In this document: positions 1 through 5,785 of the stretch, piece by piece | Layout: every line of letters starts with the position of its first letter | Position numbering within the stretch: the first letter of the stretch is position 1 | IMG/VR virus record: IMGVR_UViG_2802429221_000012 | Span: 1-6,833 of that record | Direction: 5' to 3' (one strand) | Length of the DNA stretch: 6,833 bases | From: a virus | Lineage: Duplodnaviria > Heunggongvirae > Uroviricota > Caudoviricetes | Made by a program: the position numbers and the translations under genes | Notes under the pieces: generated by a model | Database searches by the model: none | What the model was told of the DNA's origin: nothing | The model's input: only the letters and a program-made list of their open reading frames with translations

Positions 1-1005
1 TTAATCCCCCGTGGACACTGCGTGGACACTCACGCCACCTTTCAGCGGATTAAGGGCCACCGCATCCTGCAGGTAATCCGGTGCAAAATGTGCATATGCC
101 ATTGTTTGCTGAATGGTTGCGTGACCAAGAATCTTCTGAAGTGCAATAATGTTTCCTCCGTTCATCACAAAATGGCTGGCGAACGTATGCCGCAGCACAT
201 GTGCAGCCTGGCCTTTTGGTAAATCGGGCTTAACTCTTTTCAGCGCCAAGCAGAATTCCCGGTACTTCACCTCAAACAAGCCGCCTGTTTCTCTGGTTTT
301 GATCGCCTCACAAACTGCCTGCGAAATTGGCACTGTTCTCTTTCGGCCATTTTTGGTTTCAAGAAACGTTACACGGTTATGAACTATCTGTTCACCACGA
401 AGCTTACAAGCTTCACTCCAGCGCGCCCCTGTGCTTAAACACAAAAGCGCAACACGCCAGTAGTCGCCCTCCAGTGTATCGAGCAATAGCGCTACTTCCT
501 TCTGGGACAGGAAAGCCATTTCTCGTGGAGATACATAAAGAATAGAAATCCCCCTTACCGGATGCTCTGCATCCCAGAGGCCTATTTTCTTCAGTACGGT
601 AAACATTCCGGATAACCGATTCATGTATCTGTTAGCAGATGACGGTTTCAATCCATCAGCTATCTTTTGAGAACGCCACGCGATAATTTTCAGCTTATCA
701 AGATCCACAGCCTGCATATCAGCGCCAAGCTCATTGATTATGTTGCGCAGTTGTTTTCGATCTTCTTCAGCCTTACGCCTGTGCTGGCCGTGATACATCC
801 ACCACAACTCAAGCAAATCATTTAGCGTTCGACGATCACGGTAGCCCTGTATATATTCCCGCTTTTCAGCGTTCGCCATGATGTAGCGTTCAGTGGCCAC
901 CGCTACCGATTTTTTGTCAAATACCTTACGCACGCGCTTTCCCTTGCGTCCGTTCGGCCTGATGTCCAGCAAATAACGACCATCTTCGAGCTTCTTAATC
1001 GACAT
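1..1005 (-). CDS. int: Phage tyrosine integrase (site-specific recombinase), P2 Int-like, 334 aa
   Basis: Track ORF 1..1020(-) begins at a TTG; the first ATG is at 1005..1003 (MSIKKLEDGRY...), preceded on the coding strand by GGAGGG (complement of 1013-1018) at 7 nt spacing. C-terminal region contains HVLRHTFASH and QTMAYAHFAP, the H-x-x-R and catalytic-Tyr motifs typical of tyrosine recombinases. N-terminus and overall length resemble P2 Int from memory. Stop codon is at window positions 3..1. Confidence 0.9.
   Translation of the reverse strand: MSIKKLEDGRYLLDIRPNGRKGKRVRKVFDKKSVAVATERYIMANAEKREYIQGYRDRRTLNDLLELWWMYHGQHRRKAEEDRKQLRNIINELGADMQAVDLDKLKIIAWRSQKIADGLKPSSANRYMNRLSGMFTVLKKIGLWDAEHPVRGISILYVSPREMAFLSQKEVALLLDTLEGDYWRVALLCLSTGARWSEACKLRGEQIVHNRVTFLETKNGRKRTVPISQAVCEAIKTRETGGLFEVKYREFCLALKRVKPDLPKGQAAHVLRHTFASHFVMNGGNIIALQKILGHATIQQTMAYAHFAPDYLQDAVALNPLKGGVSVHAVSTGD
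11..30. repeat. Tandem direct repeat GTGGACACT-gc-GTGGACACT inside the 3' end of int; candidate integrase arm-type binding sites
   Basis: Seen directly: 9-bp unit at 11-19 and 22-30 with an 11-bp period. From memory, P2-family Int arm sites are short direct repeats containing GTGGACA near the int 3' end; that recollection is unverified. Confidence 0.3.
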
Positions 1006-1101
1006 CGCGAAGCCCTCCAATGAACCGCTCTACAATTTCTCCAGCCTCTTTCCAGCAATAATCAGACCAGACAAAAAGCAGGTCTAACCAGTTTTCTGGC
1101 C

Positions 1102-1422
1102 TCAGCGGGGTGATTTTTGGTTTGTTTCGGTTGAAACCTGATCGCCCTCCGAATCGAAGAAGCCATCAAGAGAGAGAGGCGGAGCAATCTGCCCCGTCGC
1201 AGCATTAGTTTGATTAAACATCACCCAATCCGAATACTTCCGAAAACGAGGATGATTCAAAATCAGGAGTAACGTTTCTCCAGGTATCATTCTTCCCAAT
1301 ATTTCATAATTTTTGAGATTGTTTTGAGATACCCCTGTCACCTCTTCCATCTCTCTACGTGACAATCCCTCTGCCTCTCGAATCAGGCGAAGTTTTTCTC
1401 CAAGGCTTGATTTATGGATCAT
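1102..1422 (-). CDS. C: Immunity repressor, P2 C-like HTH protein, 106 aa
   Basis: Track ORF 1102..1440(-) begins at GTG; first ATG at 1422..1420 (MIHKSSLGEKLRL...). Helix-turn-helix-like segment LSRREMEEVTGVSQNNLKNYE, and a C-terminal ...NQTNAATGQIAP... stretch resembling P2 C as I recall it. Divergent from cox, upstream of int, as in the P2 C-int operon. Confidence 0.8.
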   Translation of the reverse strand: MIHKSSLGEKLRLIREAEGLSRREMEEVTGVSQNNLKNYEILGRMIPGETLLLILNHPRFRKYSDWVMFNQTNAATGQIAPPLSLDGFFDSEGDQVSTETNQKSPR

Positions 1423-1537
1423 ATGTGATCTAAACTCCACGATATTGGGTTACATGTAATACAAAACATTCAAATAGCCAAAATAAGCCTATATAAGCCA
1501 TTTTGGGCCATTTGGACGAATTAAGGAGATTACCACA
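1423..1537. promoter_or_regulatory. Divergent Pe/Pc lysis-lysogeny switch region with candidate early promoter and operator repeats
   Basis: 115-bp AT-rich spacer between divergent C and cox starts. Candidate rightward promoter: -35 TTCAAA (1469-1474), 17-bp spacer, -10 TATAAG (1492-1497). Direct repeat TAAGCC at 1484-1489 and 1494-1499 flanks the -10; tandem CCAtttTGG / CCAttTGG at 1498-1506 and 1508-1515 overlaps the predicted transcript start. cox RBS AAGGAG at 1523-1528. Promoter and operator assignments are by eye and not experimentally anchored. Confidence 0.5.
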
Positions 1538-1825
1538 ATGAGCGAATCAGAGCTTGAGGGGTTCATTCAGGTAGCACCATATCCACTTGAAGCGGTGCCA
1601 TATCAACTATTTGCCAAGATGATTGGTCGCAAAGAATCAACCGTCAGAACCATGATTGACGCTGCAAAGTTACCAACGATTGACTTTGTGAAACCAGGTT
1701 CAGTGAAGACGCGAGCATCAGAAAACTGGGTATATCTGCCAGCATTTAACGCAGGTATGCGCAAAGCATTTTTTGATCAGCCGAAAGAGCGCCGCGACGC
1801 ATGGTTGCTCTGGCTGGGTCTTTGA
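1538..1825 (+). CDS. cox: Cox-like excisionase / early transcriptional regulator, 95 aa
   Basis: ATG 1538 with AAGGAG 9 nt upstream. Translation contains ...VPYQLFAKMIGRKESTVRTMIDAAKLPTID...NWVYLPAFNAG...RRDAWLLWLGL, closely resembling P2 Cox as recalled (WVYLPAWN, WLMWLGL). First gene of the rightward operon, divergent from C. Confidence 0.85.
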   Translation: MSESELEGFIQVAPYPLEAVPYQLFAKMIGRKESTVRTMIDAAKLPTIDFVKPGSVKTRASENWVYLPAFNAGMRKAFFDQPKERRDAWLLWLGL

Positions 1826-1836
1826 CGAGGATTTTT

Positions 1837-2178
1837 ATGAGACAACAACGTAATTCACGCTTCCGCAACGGTGCGGAACGCCATGCTAACCGTTTCGCTA
1901 CCAGTGCATCACGTAGCAACTCTCGCTACAGCCTGAGCGAAACACACGCAACGCCGGATGGCTACCCAGTAAAACAAATCGGCGAGCACGCCTGGTTGAT
2001 TGAGAAAGCTGGAATCGTGGTCCACAAATGCCCACGCAATCCGTTTACCGGAAACCGCATTTTTGCACTGAGCAGCGGCGACAATCAGTTCGGGCAGGAT
2101 TTCACATTATACGAAGCACTTCGCACGGTTGATCGTCTGCTTCGCGGGCAAAGTTTTATTAAACAGGCTGATTTATAA
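1837..2178 (+). CDS. Hypothetical phage early protein, 113 aa, basic N-terminus
   Basis: In-frame ATG at 1837 within track ORF 1801..2178, GAGG at 1827-1830 six nt upstream; begins 11 nt after the cox stop. Translation MRQQRNSRFRNGAERHANRF... has no domain I can recognise. Confidence 0.6.
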   Translation: MRQQRNSRFRNGAERHANRFATSASRSNSRYSLSETHATPDGYPVKQIGEHAWLIEKAGIVVHKCPRNPFTGNRIFALSSGDNQFGQDFTLYEALRTVDRLLRGQSFIKQADL

Positions 2179-2188
2179 CAGGTGCTTT

Positions 2189-2467
2189 ATGACCAAAGAG
2201 CATGCACAAGGTGTATTTATCCGTTTTATTGATTTTCGCGGTGAACTGTTATTACGTGCATCAGCTATTGATGCTGTAGCCCAGGCAGAAAAAAAAGCAG
2301 TTACTCACGTTTATGCGAACAACGCACAACTGATCGTGGAGCTTCCGTACCAGACCGTTCGCGAAGCCATTAACGAAGCTGAAAAAGCGTGCCAGGCTAA
2401 TAGCGATGAACCCTATATCGAAATTATTTGTATGGATTCAGAAGCTGAAATTAAGAAAGCAGATTAA
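2189..2467 (+). CDS. Hypothetical phage early protein, 92 aa, acidic
   Basis: In-frame ATG at 2189 within track ORF 2129..2467, 10 nt after the previous stop (MTKEHAQGVFIRF...). Same strand and tight spacing as the rest of the operon. No recognisable domain. Confidence 0.6.
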   Translation: MTKEHAQGVFIRFIDFRGELLLRASAIDAVAQAEKKAVTHVYANNAQLIVELPYQTVREAINEAEKACQANSDEPYIEIICMDSEAEIKKAD

Positions 2468-2478
2468 AGGGCGTTGTG

Positions 2479-2721
2479 ATGGGCAAAGAATATAAAACTC
2501 TCATTAACAAAGCACTTGAGCGTTTTTATTTTCGCTTAAGCGCATCAGGCGCTCATGCTGAACGTGCAGCCCGTGACTCATTGACCAGGGCAATCCGGAG
2601 TCTGTATGACGTGGCTTTTTACGCTGATGATCTGGATGCACTTAACGAACTTTCCGAGCTGATCTGTGCCGCAGAATGCGGGGAACATATTGAACCGTAT
2701 AAGCTGGGGAATATTGCATGA
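2479..2721 (+). CDS. Hypothetical phage early protein, 80 aa
   Basis: ATG at 2479 (track ORF starts at GTG 2476), 11 nt after the previous stop. Translation MGKEYKTLINKALERFYF...; stop TGA 2719-2721 overlaps the start of the next small ORF. Confidence 0.6.
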   Translation: MGKEYKTLINKALERFYFRLSASGAHAERAARDSLTRAIRSLYDVAFYADDLDALNELSELICAAECGEHIEPYKLGNIA

Positions 2722-2831
2722 GTATATTTATCTCATGGCTTGTTCTGATTATTTCGGTGGTCTGCGCCATTGGGATTATGCGAATTATTCATTCAGTAAA
2801 AAAGATTGAACGCTTTTTCACTGGTGAATAA
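2718..2831 (+). CDS. Small hydrophobic peptide, 37 aa, predicted single transmembrane helix with basic C-terminus (not in supplied ORF track)
   Basis: ATG 2718-2720 overlaps the upstream TGA stop (ATGA junction). Translation by hand: MSIFISWLVLIISVVCAIGIMRIIHSVKKIERFFTGE, stop TAA 2829-2831. About 20 hydrophobic residues then KK/R-rich tail. It is short, so a chance ORF in this AT-rich stretch is possible. Confidence 0.4.
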   Translation: MSIFISWLVLIISVVCAIGIMRIIHSVKKIERFFTGE

Positions 2832-2924
2832 CGATACAAATAAAACATCAAATTAAATAAGAAAACGTGAAAACCATCCGTATTAACGGAGGTATTCGCA
2901 CACGAAAATAACGGAGATACAAAA

Positions 2925-3335
2925 ATGCACGCAAAAGAAGAAGGTATCATCAGAGCACTGAAAGAAATTTCAAAGACAGAAAACGAAGTAGCGAAAAAAG
3001 CCATAGCAAATAATCATATGGACGTCGCAACCCACACACTGATAGTCGCAAGAGTCACGGCAGAAGCAGCCGAAATTATCGCACAACAGGATGCTGAACT
3101 GGCGGTTCTCAGAACACAACCAGTCACCGGACTGGATTTGTCTAACACCGGACGCCTTATTTACACAATTGGCTCGGAGCTACAGCGATACACCATTATC
3201 GCCGGGTTACAGGATAAATACCTGATCACTCCTCACCCCATAAGGGAATCAGAAATTCTGACAAATCTCCGCCTGATAGAGCGCTCTCAAGTCGCATTCA
3301 TTGATGACGCACAGTGCACCGTATTTAACGCATAG
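2925..3335 (+). CDS. Hypothetical protein, 136 aa
   Basis: ATG 2925 with GGAG at 2913-2916 (8-nt spacing), preceded by a 93-bp AT-rich spacer (2832-2924) that could hold an internal promoter. Translation MHAKEEGIIRALKEISKTENE... has no recognisable domain. Confidence 0.65.
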   Translation: MHAKEEGIIRALKEISKTENEVAKKAIANNHMDVATHTLIVARVTAEAAEIIAQQDAELAVLRTQPVTGLDLSNTGRLIYTIGSELQRYTIIAGLQDKYLITPHPIRESEILTNLRLIERSQVAFIDDAQCTVFNA

Positions 3336-3358
3336 GGTTACTGGACAAAGGGGGCGCA

Positions 3359-3562
3359 ATGGCAATTAAGCATTTTCCCGTCGTTCGCTTTACCTCCAGA
3401 GGGCGCGAATACGAGGTCGACGAACGCCTGATTACCACTATCGACAAACATCGTTCGGAAAAGGATGCACACCACATCTACCTCACTGACGGCACTTACT
3501 TCTGCGCCACGAATGTGGTGCGGGTGAACCTTATCCGACAGGTACAGGAGTCACGCAGATGA
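3359..3562 (+). CDS. Hypothetical small protein, 67 aa; first gene of a translationally coupled chain
   Basis: ATG 3359 with AAAGGGGG at 3347-3354. Stop TGA 3560-3562 overlaps the next ATG at 3559 (ATGA). C-terminal tail ...VRVNLIRQVQESRR. Confidence 0.6.
   Translation: MAIKHFPVVRFTSRGREYEVDERLITTIDKHRSEKDAHHIYLTDGTYFCATNVVRVNLIRQVQESRR
3520..3562 (+). repeat. Copy 1 of a duplicated ~43-nt gene-junction segment (C-terminal tail codons, Shine-Dalgarno, ATGA overlap)
   Basis: 3534-3562 TCCGACAGGTACAGGAGTCACGCAGATGA versus 3916-3944 TCCGACGGGTACAGGAGTCACACGGATGA: 26 of 29 identical by manual alignment, with weaker similarity extending about 14 nt upstream. Confidence 0.7.
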
Positions 3563-3825
3563 CCATTCTGGACTATATCGCTACTCATCCGGGTTGTAGC
3601 GGCGGAGAAATCGCCGCAGCACTGAATACTCCAACCACAGCCATTAATGCTGAGTTACGCCGACTTTGGCGCAGCGGCTTAGTCATCAGAACAAACCGCA
3701 GCACAGGTGGTCACGCTCGCAAAACAGGAGGCCGGGCTTCTTACCACGTAAACCCGATGCCGTTCGGGTGTGGCAACCCACTAACCCACATGTTTAACCA
3801 GCTACTGAAGGAAGCCAGAGCATGA
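3559..3825 (+). CDS. Putative winged-helix DNA-binding protein, 88 aa
   Basis: ATG 3559 overlapping the upstream stop, with AGGAG at 3546-3550. N-terminal segment LDYIATHPGCSGGEIAAALNTPTTAINAELRRLWRSGLVIR looks like a winged helix-turn-helix; this is inferred from the pattern, not from a search. Confidence 0.6.
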   Translation: MTILDYIATHPGCSGGEIAAALNTPTTAINAELRRLWRSGLVIRTNRSTGGHARKTGGRASYHVNPMPFGCGNPLTHMFNQLLKEARA

Positions 3826-3944
3826 GCACCATCAACCACCAGGAACCACGCGAACTGGCGACTGCCGTACAAAGAATGTCTACCCAAAAATCACTGCCAT
3901 TCCGTGTGAGCCCTGTCCGACGGGTACAGGAGTCACACGGATGA
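3822..3944 (+). CDS. Small ORF, 40 aa, coupled at both ends (not in supplied ORF track)
   Basis: ATG 3822-3824 overlaps the upstream TGA (3823-3825); stop TGA 3942-3944 overlaps the next ATG at 3941. Hand translation: MSTINHQEPRELATAVQRMSTQKSLPFRVSPVRRVQESHG. Its 3' end repeats the 3' end of the 3359-3562 gene. Confidence 0.4.
   Translation: MSTINHQEPRELATAVQRMSTQKSLPFRVSPVRRVQESHG
3902..3944 (+). repeat. Copy 2 of the duplicated ~43-nt gene-junction segment
   Basis: See copy 1. Both copies end in an ATGA stop/start overlap and encode an (I/V)R(Q/R)VQES tail on the upstream protein. Confidence 0.7.
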
Positions 3945-4159
3945 ACAGAAGGAGAATTACACGCAGACATCGCCGCACGCGCCTGAGCTCCCCGCCAACA
4001 CTAAAGGAACTCATTCAAAGCGAGATCGGTGATTTCTTCGCTGGGTTTGGATCACCTGGCGAACCAGAAACACCAGAAGCGATGCAGCGCGAACTCATGA
4101 TGCGCATCGATAACGTTTTTGACTTTTTCCTGAATAACAAAAGAGAGCAACCGACATGA
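3941..4159 (+). CDS. Hypothetical protein with arginine-rich N-terminus, 72 aa
   Basis: ATG 3941 overlapping the upstream stop. N-terminus MNRRRITRRHRRTR has 8 Arg in the first 14 residues, followed by an acidic C-terminal half (EIGDFF...EPETPEAMQRELMM...). Stop overlaps the next ATG at 4156. Confidence 0.6.
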   Translation: MNRRRITRRHRRTRLSSPPTLKELIQSEIGDFFAGFGSPGEPETPEAMQRELMMRIDNVFDFFLNNKREQPT

Positions 4160-4359
4160 ACGAAAGGACCTGGTTTCGCGCATACATGTGGGCGCTGGTA
4201 TGCGTCCTCTTTTCTCTCATTCTGTATGCAGGACTACTCCCCCGAATGATTTCATCAGACAGCTCCTTCCTGGTATTGCTGGGCATTTTCATTGCCATGC
4301 TGTACCCGGCAGGCGTTGTTCGCCTTTTCAGTAAATACATCAAGGAAATCAAACAATGA
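4156..4359 (+). CDS. Small integral membrane protein, 67 aa, two predicted transmembrane helices; putative partner of the downstream SPFH protein
   Basis: ATG 4156 overlapping the upstream stop. Two hydrophobic stretches (WALVCVLFSLILYAGLL and FLVLLGIFIAMLYPAGVV) separated by a short polar loop. Stop TGA 4357-4359 overlaps the SPFH gene ATG at 4356. Confidence 0.65.
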   Translation: MNERTWFRAYMWALVCVLFSLILYAGLLPRMISSDSSFLVLLGIFIAMLYPAGVVRLFSKYIKEIKQ

Positions 4360-5186
4360 AGAAATTCAAACTCTTTCAGATTATCCCGCTTTTTGCCGCC
4401 ATCCTGCTGGTTGGTTGCGATCGCGTTGAACCAGGTAATGTGGGCATCAAAGTCAACAAACTGGGCGACGATAAAGGCGTCGGTGAAGTGGTTGGCGTTG
4501 GCCGCTACTGGACAGGCTGGAATACCGAGGTTTACATCTTCCCGACCTTCAAACAAATGAAGACCTACGATGAGCCATTCAGCTTTCAGATGAGTGACGG
4601 CACAACCATCGGCTATCACATCGGTGTGGCCTACAAGGTTGATCCATCCAAAGTTACCACAGTGTTTCAGACCTACCGCAAAGGCGTGGATGACATTACC
4701 GACACTGACCTGCGCCAAAAGATCGCCGATGCACTCAACCGACTGGCCAGCAAAATGACCACCGATAAGTTTATCGACGGTGGCAAGTCTGAACTGCTGG
4801 ATTCAGCACTTAAAGACATTCAGGCAGAAATGACACCTATCGGCATTCAGGTAATGAGCCTCTCTTATGTGGGTAAGCCGGAATACCCGCCAACCGTTAT
4901 CGACAGCATTAATGCCAAAGTCACGGCAAACCAGAAAACTCTGCAACGCGAGCAGGAAGTCAAGCAACGCGAAGCAGAAGCCAACATGTTGCGCGCAGAA
5001 GCTGCCGGACAGGCTGATGCCATTCGCACAAAAGCCCAGGCTGAAGCCGACGCCATTCGTTTACGCGGTGAAGCTCTGCGCCAGAATCCCGGCGTTATGG
5101 AGCTGGAAGCAATCAACAAATGGAACGGCACGCTGCCGCAATACATGACCAGCAATACCGCTGTTCCGTTTGTTCCGGTGAAGTAA
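4356..5186 (+). CDS. SPFH/band-7 (stomatin/prohibitin/HflK-C-like) family lipoprotein, 276 aa
   Basis: ATG 4356 with AAGGAA at 4342-4347. N-terminus MKKFKLFQIIPLFAAILLVGCDR is a signal peptide plus lipobox (LVGC); Asp at +2 after the Cys suggests inner-membrane retention in enterobacteria. C-terminal Ala/Glu/Gln/Arg-rich predicted coiled-coil segment ...QREAEANMLRAEAAGQADAIRTKAQAEADAIRLRGEALRQNPGVMELEAINKW... is characteristic of SPFH-domain proteins. Family assignment is from motif recognition only. Confidence 0.75.
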   Translation: MKKFKLFQIIPLFAAILLVGCDRVEPGNVGIKVNKLGDDKGVGEVVGVGRYWTGWNTEVYIFPTFKQMKTYDEPFSFQMSDGTTIGYHIGVAYKVDPSKVTTVFQTYRKGVDDITDTDLRQKIADALNRLASKMTTDKFIDGGKSELLDSALKDIQAEMTPIGIQVMSLSYVGKPEYPPTVIDSINAKVTANQKTLQREQEVKQREAEANMLRAEAAGQADAIRTKAQAEADAIRLRGEALRQNPGVMELEAINKWNGTLPQYMTSNTAVPFVPVK

Positions 5187-5192
5187 TTAAAC

Positions 5193-5237
5193 CCGGCCGG
5201 TGAAAATCGCTGGCCGGAGCAGTATCAGGATTTTTTT
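5193..5237 (+). terminator. Candidate terminator-like hairpin downstream of the SPFH gene
   Basis: CCGGCCGG (5193-5200) pairs with CTGGCCGG (5210-5217), an 8-bp GC-rich stem with one G-U pair and a 9-nt loop. The T7 run (5231-5237) is 13 nt downstream, so this is atypical for an intrinsic terminator. Confidence 0.3.
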
Positions 5238-5338
5238 AGCATGCCGTTCTCACAAAAAAACCGCTTGCCATGCCGCAATCAGTCAGGTTACATTTCCGCT
5301 GTACCTCATAAAACGGGTGCCGGGTTTCGCAGCCTGCT

Positions 5339-5544
5339 GACTAGCAAAGCGCACAACCGCGCCAGCGGTTTTTTTGTGCGTACTGTATTGCCACGTCTTT
5401 TTCGCACACGAATTATGGCGGGGCGTACGGGGCCGACTTCGGTCGGGCCGGGTTCTTTGCTAGCCGGTACTGCGAACCTCGTACGTCTCGCCACCCACAG
5501 TTTCGCAGCTCTGGATGGTGAGTTTTCAAAACTTACTAGCAAAG
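5339..5544. repeat. Three copies of a 9-10 bp motif ACTAGCAAAG (two direct, one inverted) in the non-coding spacer; candidate regulator binding sites
   Basis: ACTAGCAAAG at 5339-5348 and 5535-5544 (flanks CTnACTAGCAAAGnG also match); inverted copy CTTTGCTAGC at 5455-5464. The core GCTAGC is palindromic. The third copy directly abuts the AAGAGG RBS (5542-5547) of the 5555 gene. Confidence 0.4.
5351..5379 (+). terminator. Candidate intrinsic terminator (short GC stem plus T7 run)
   Basis: ACCGC (5356-5360) / loop GCCA / GCGGT (5365-5369) followed immediately by TTTTTTT (5369-5375). Flanking GCACAA (5351-5356) and TTGTGC (5374-5379) are also complementary. The stem is short, so strength is uncertain. 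Confidence 0.4.
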
Positions 5545-5554
5545 AGGCCACACC

Positions 5555-5785
5555 ATGGCAAACCGCAAACAGCACCGCGCTATCGCGGAGCGTCGTCACA
5601 TCCAGACTGAAATCGATCGCAGACTCACCCGCGCTGCACACATCGCCTTTATCATGCAATCCAACACATTGCACAGACTCAACAGCACTATTTCAGCCGA
5701 CTACTGCGCCGCTGTATTCAGCTATCTGGCGGAAGACCTCCTGTCTCTTCAGGATCTCATCCAGCAGCAAAACAAACTCCATTAA
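5555..5785 (+). CDS. Hypothetical phage early protein, 76 aa
   Basis: ATG 5555 with AAGAGG at 5542-5547 (7-nt spacing). Translation MANRKQHRAIAERRHIQTEIDRRLTRAAHIAF...; same strand as, and upstream of, the replication gene. Confidence 0.6.
   Translation: MANRKQHRAIAERRHIQTEIDRRLTRAAHIAFIMQSNTLHRLNSTISADYCAAVFSYLAEDLLSLQDLIQQQNKLH

Noticed and set aside
22-545. Three small plus-strand ORFs (22-222, 149-382, 327-545)
   Set aside because: They are all antisense to the well-supported integrase gene and have no RBS or recognisable features.
1429-1438. Possible Cox-box-like sequence TAAACTCCA in the switch region
   Set aside because: It is a single copy and matches my uncertain recollection of the Cox binding consensus only loosely; too weak to annotate.
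2789-3004. 71-aa ORF on the minus strand
   Set aside because: It spans the AT-rich spacer and the start of the 2925 gene on the opposite strand, with low-complexity hydrophobic content typical of AT-rich antisense frames.
4095-4718. 207-aa ORF on the minus strand
   Set aside because: It is antisense to the coupled 72-aa, 2-TM and SPFH genes and has no independent support; it is a shadow ORF.
4865-5155. Overlapping 96-aa (-) and 93-aa (+) ORFs inside the SPFH gene
   Set aside because: They are alternative frames of the Ala/Glu-rich SPFH C-terminal region, without start context; artefacts of biased composition.
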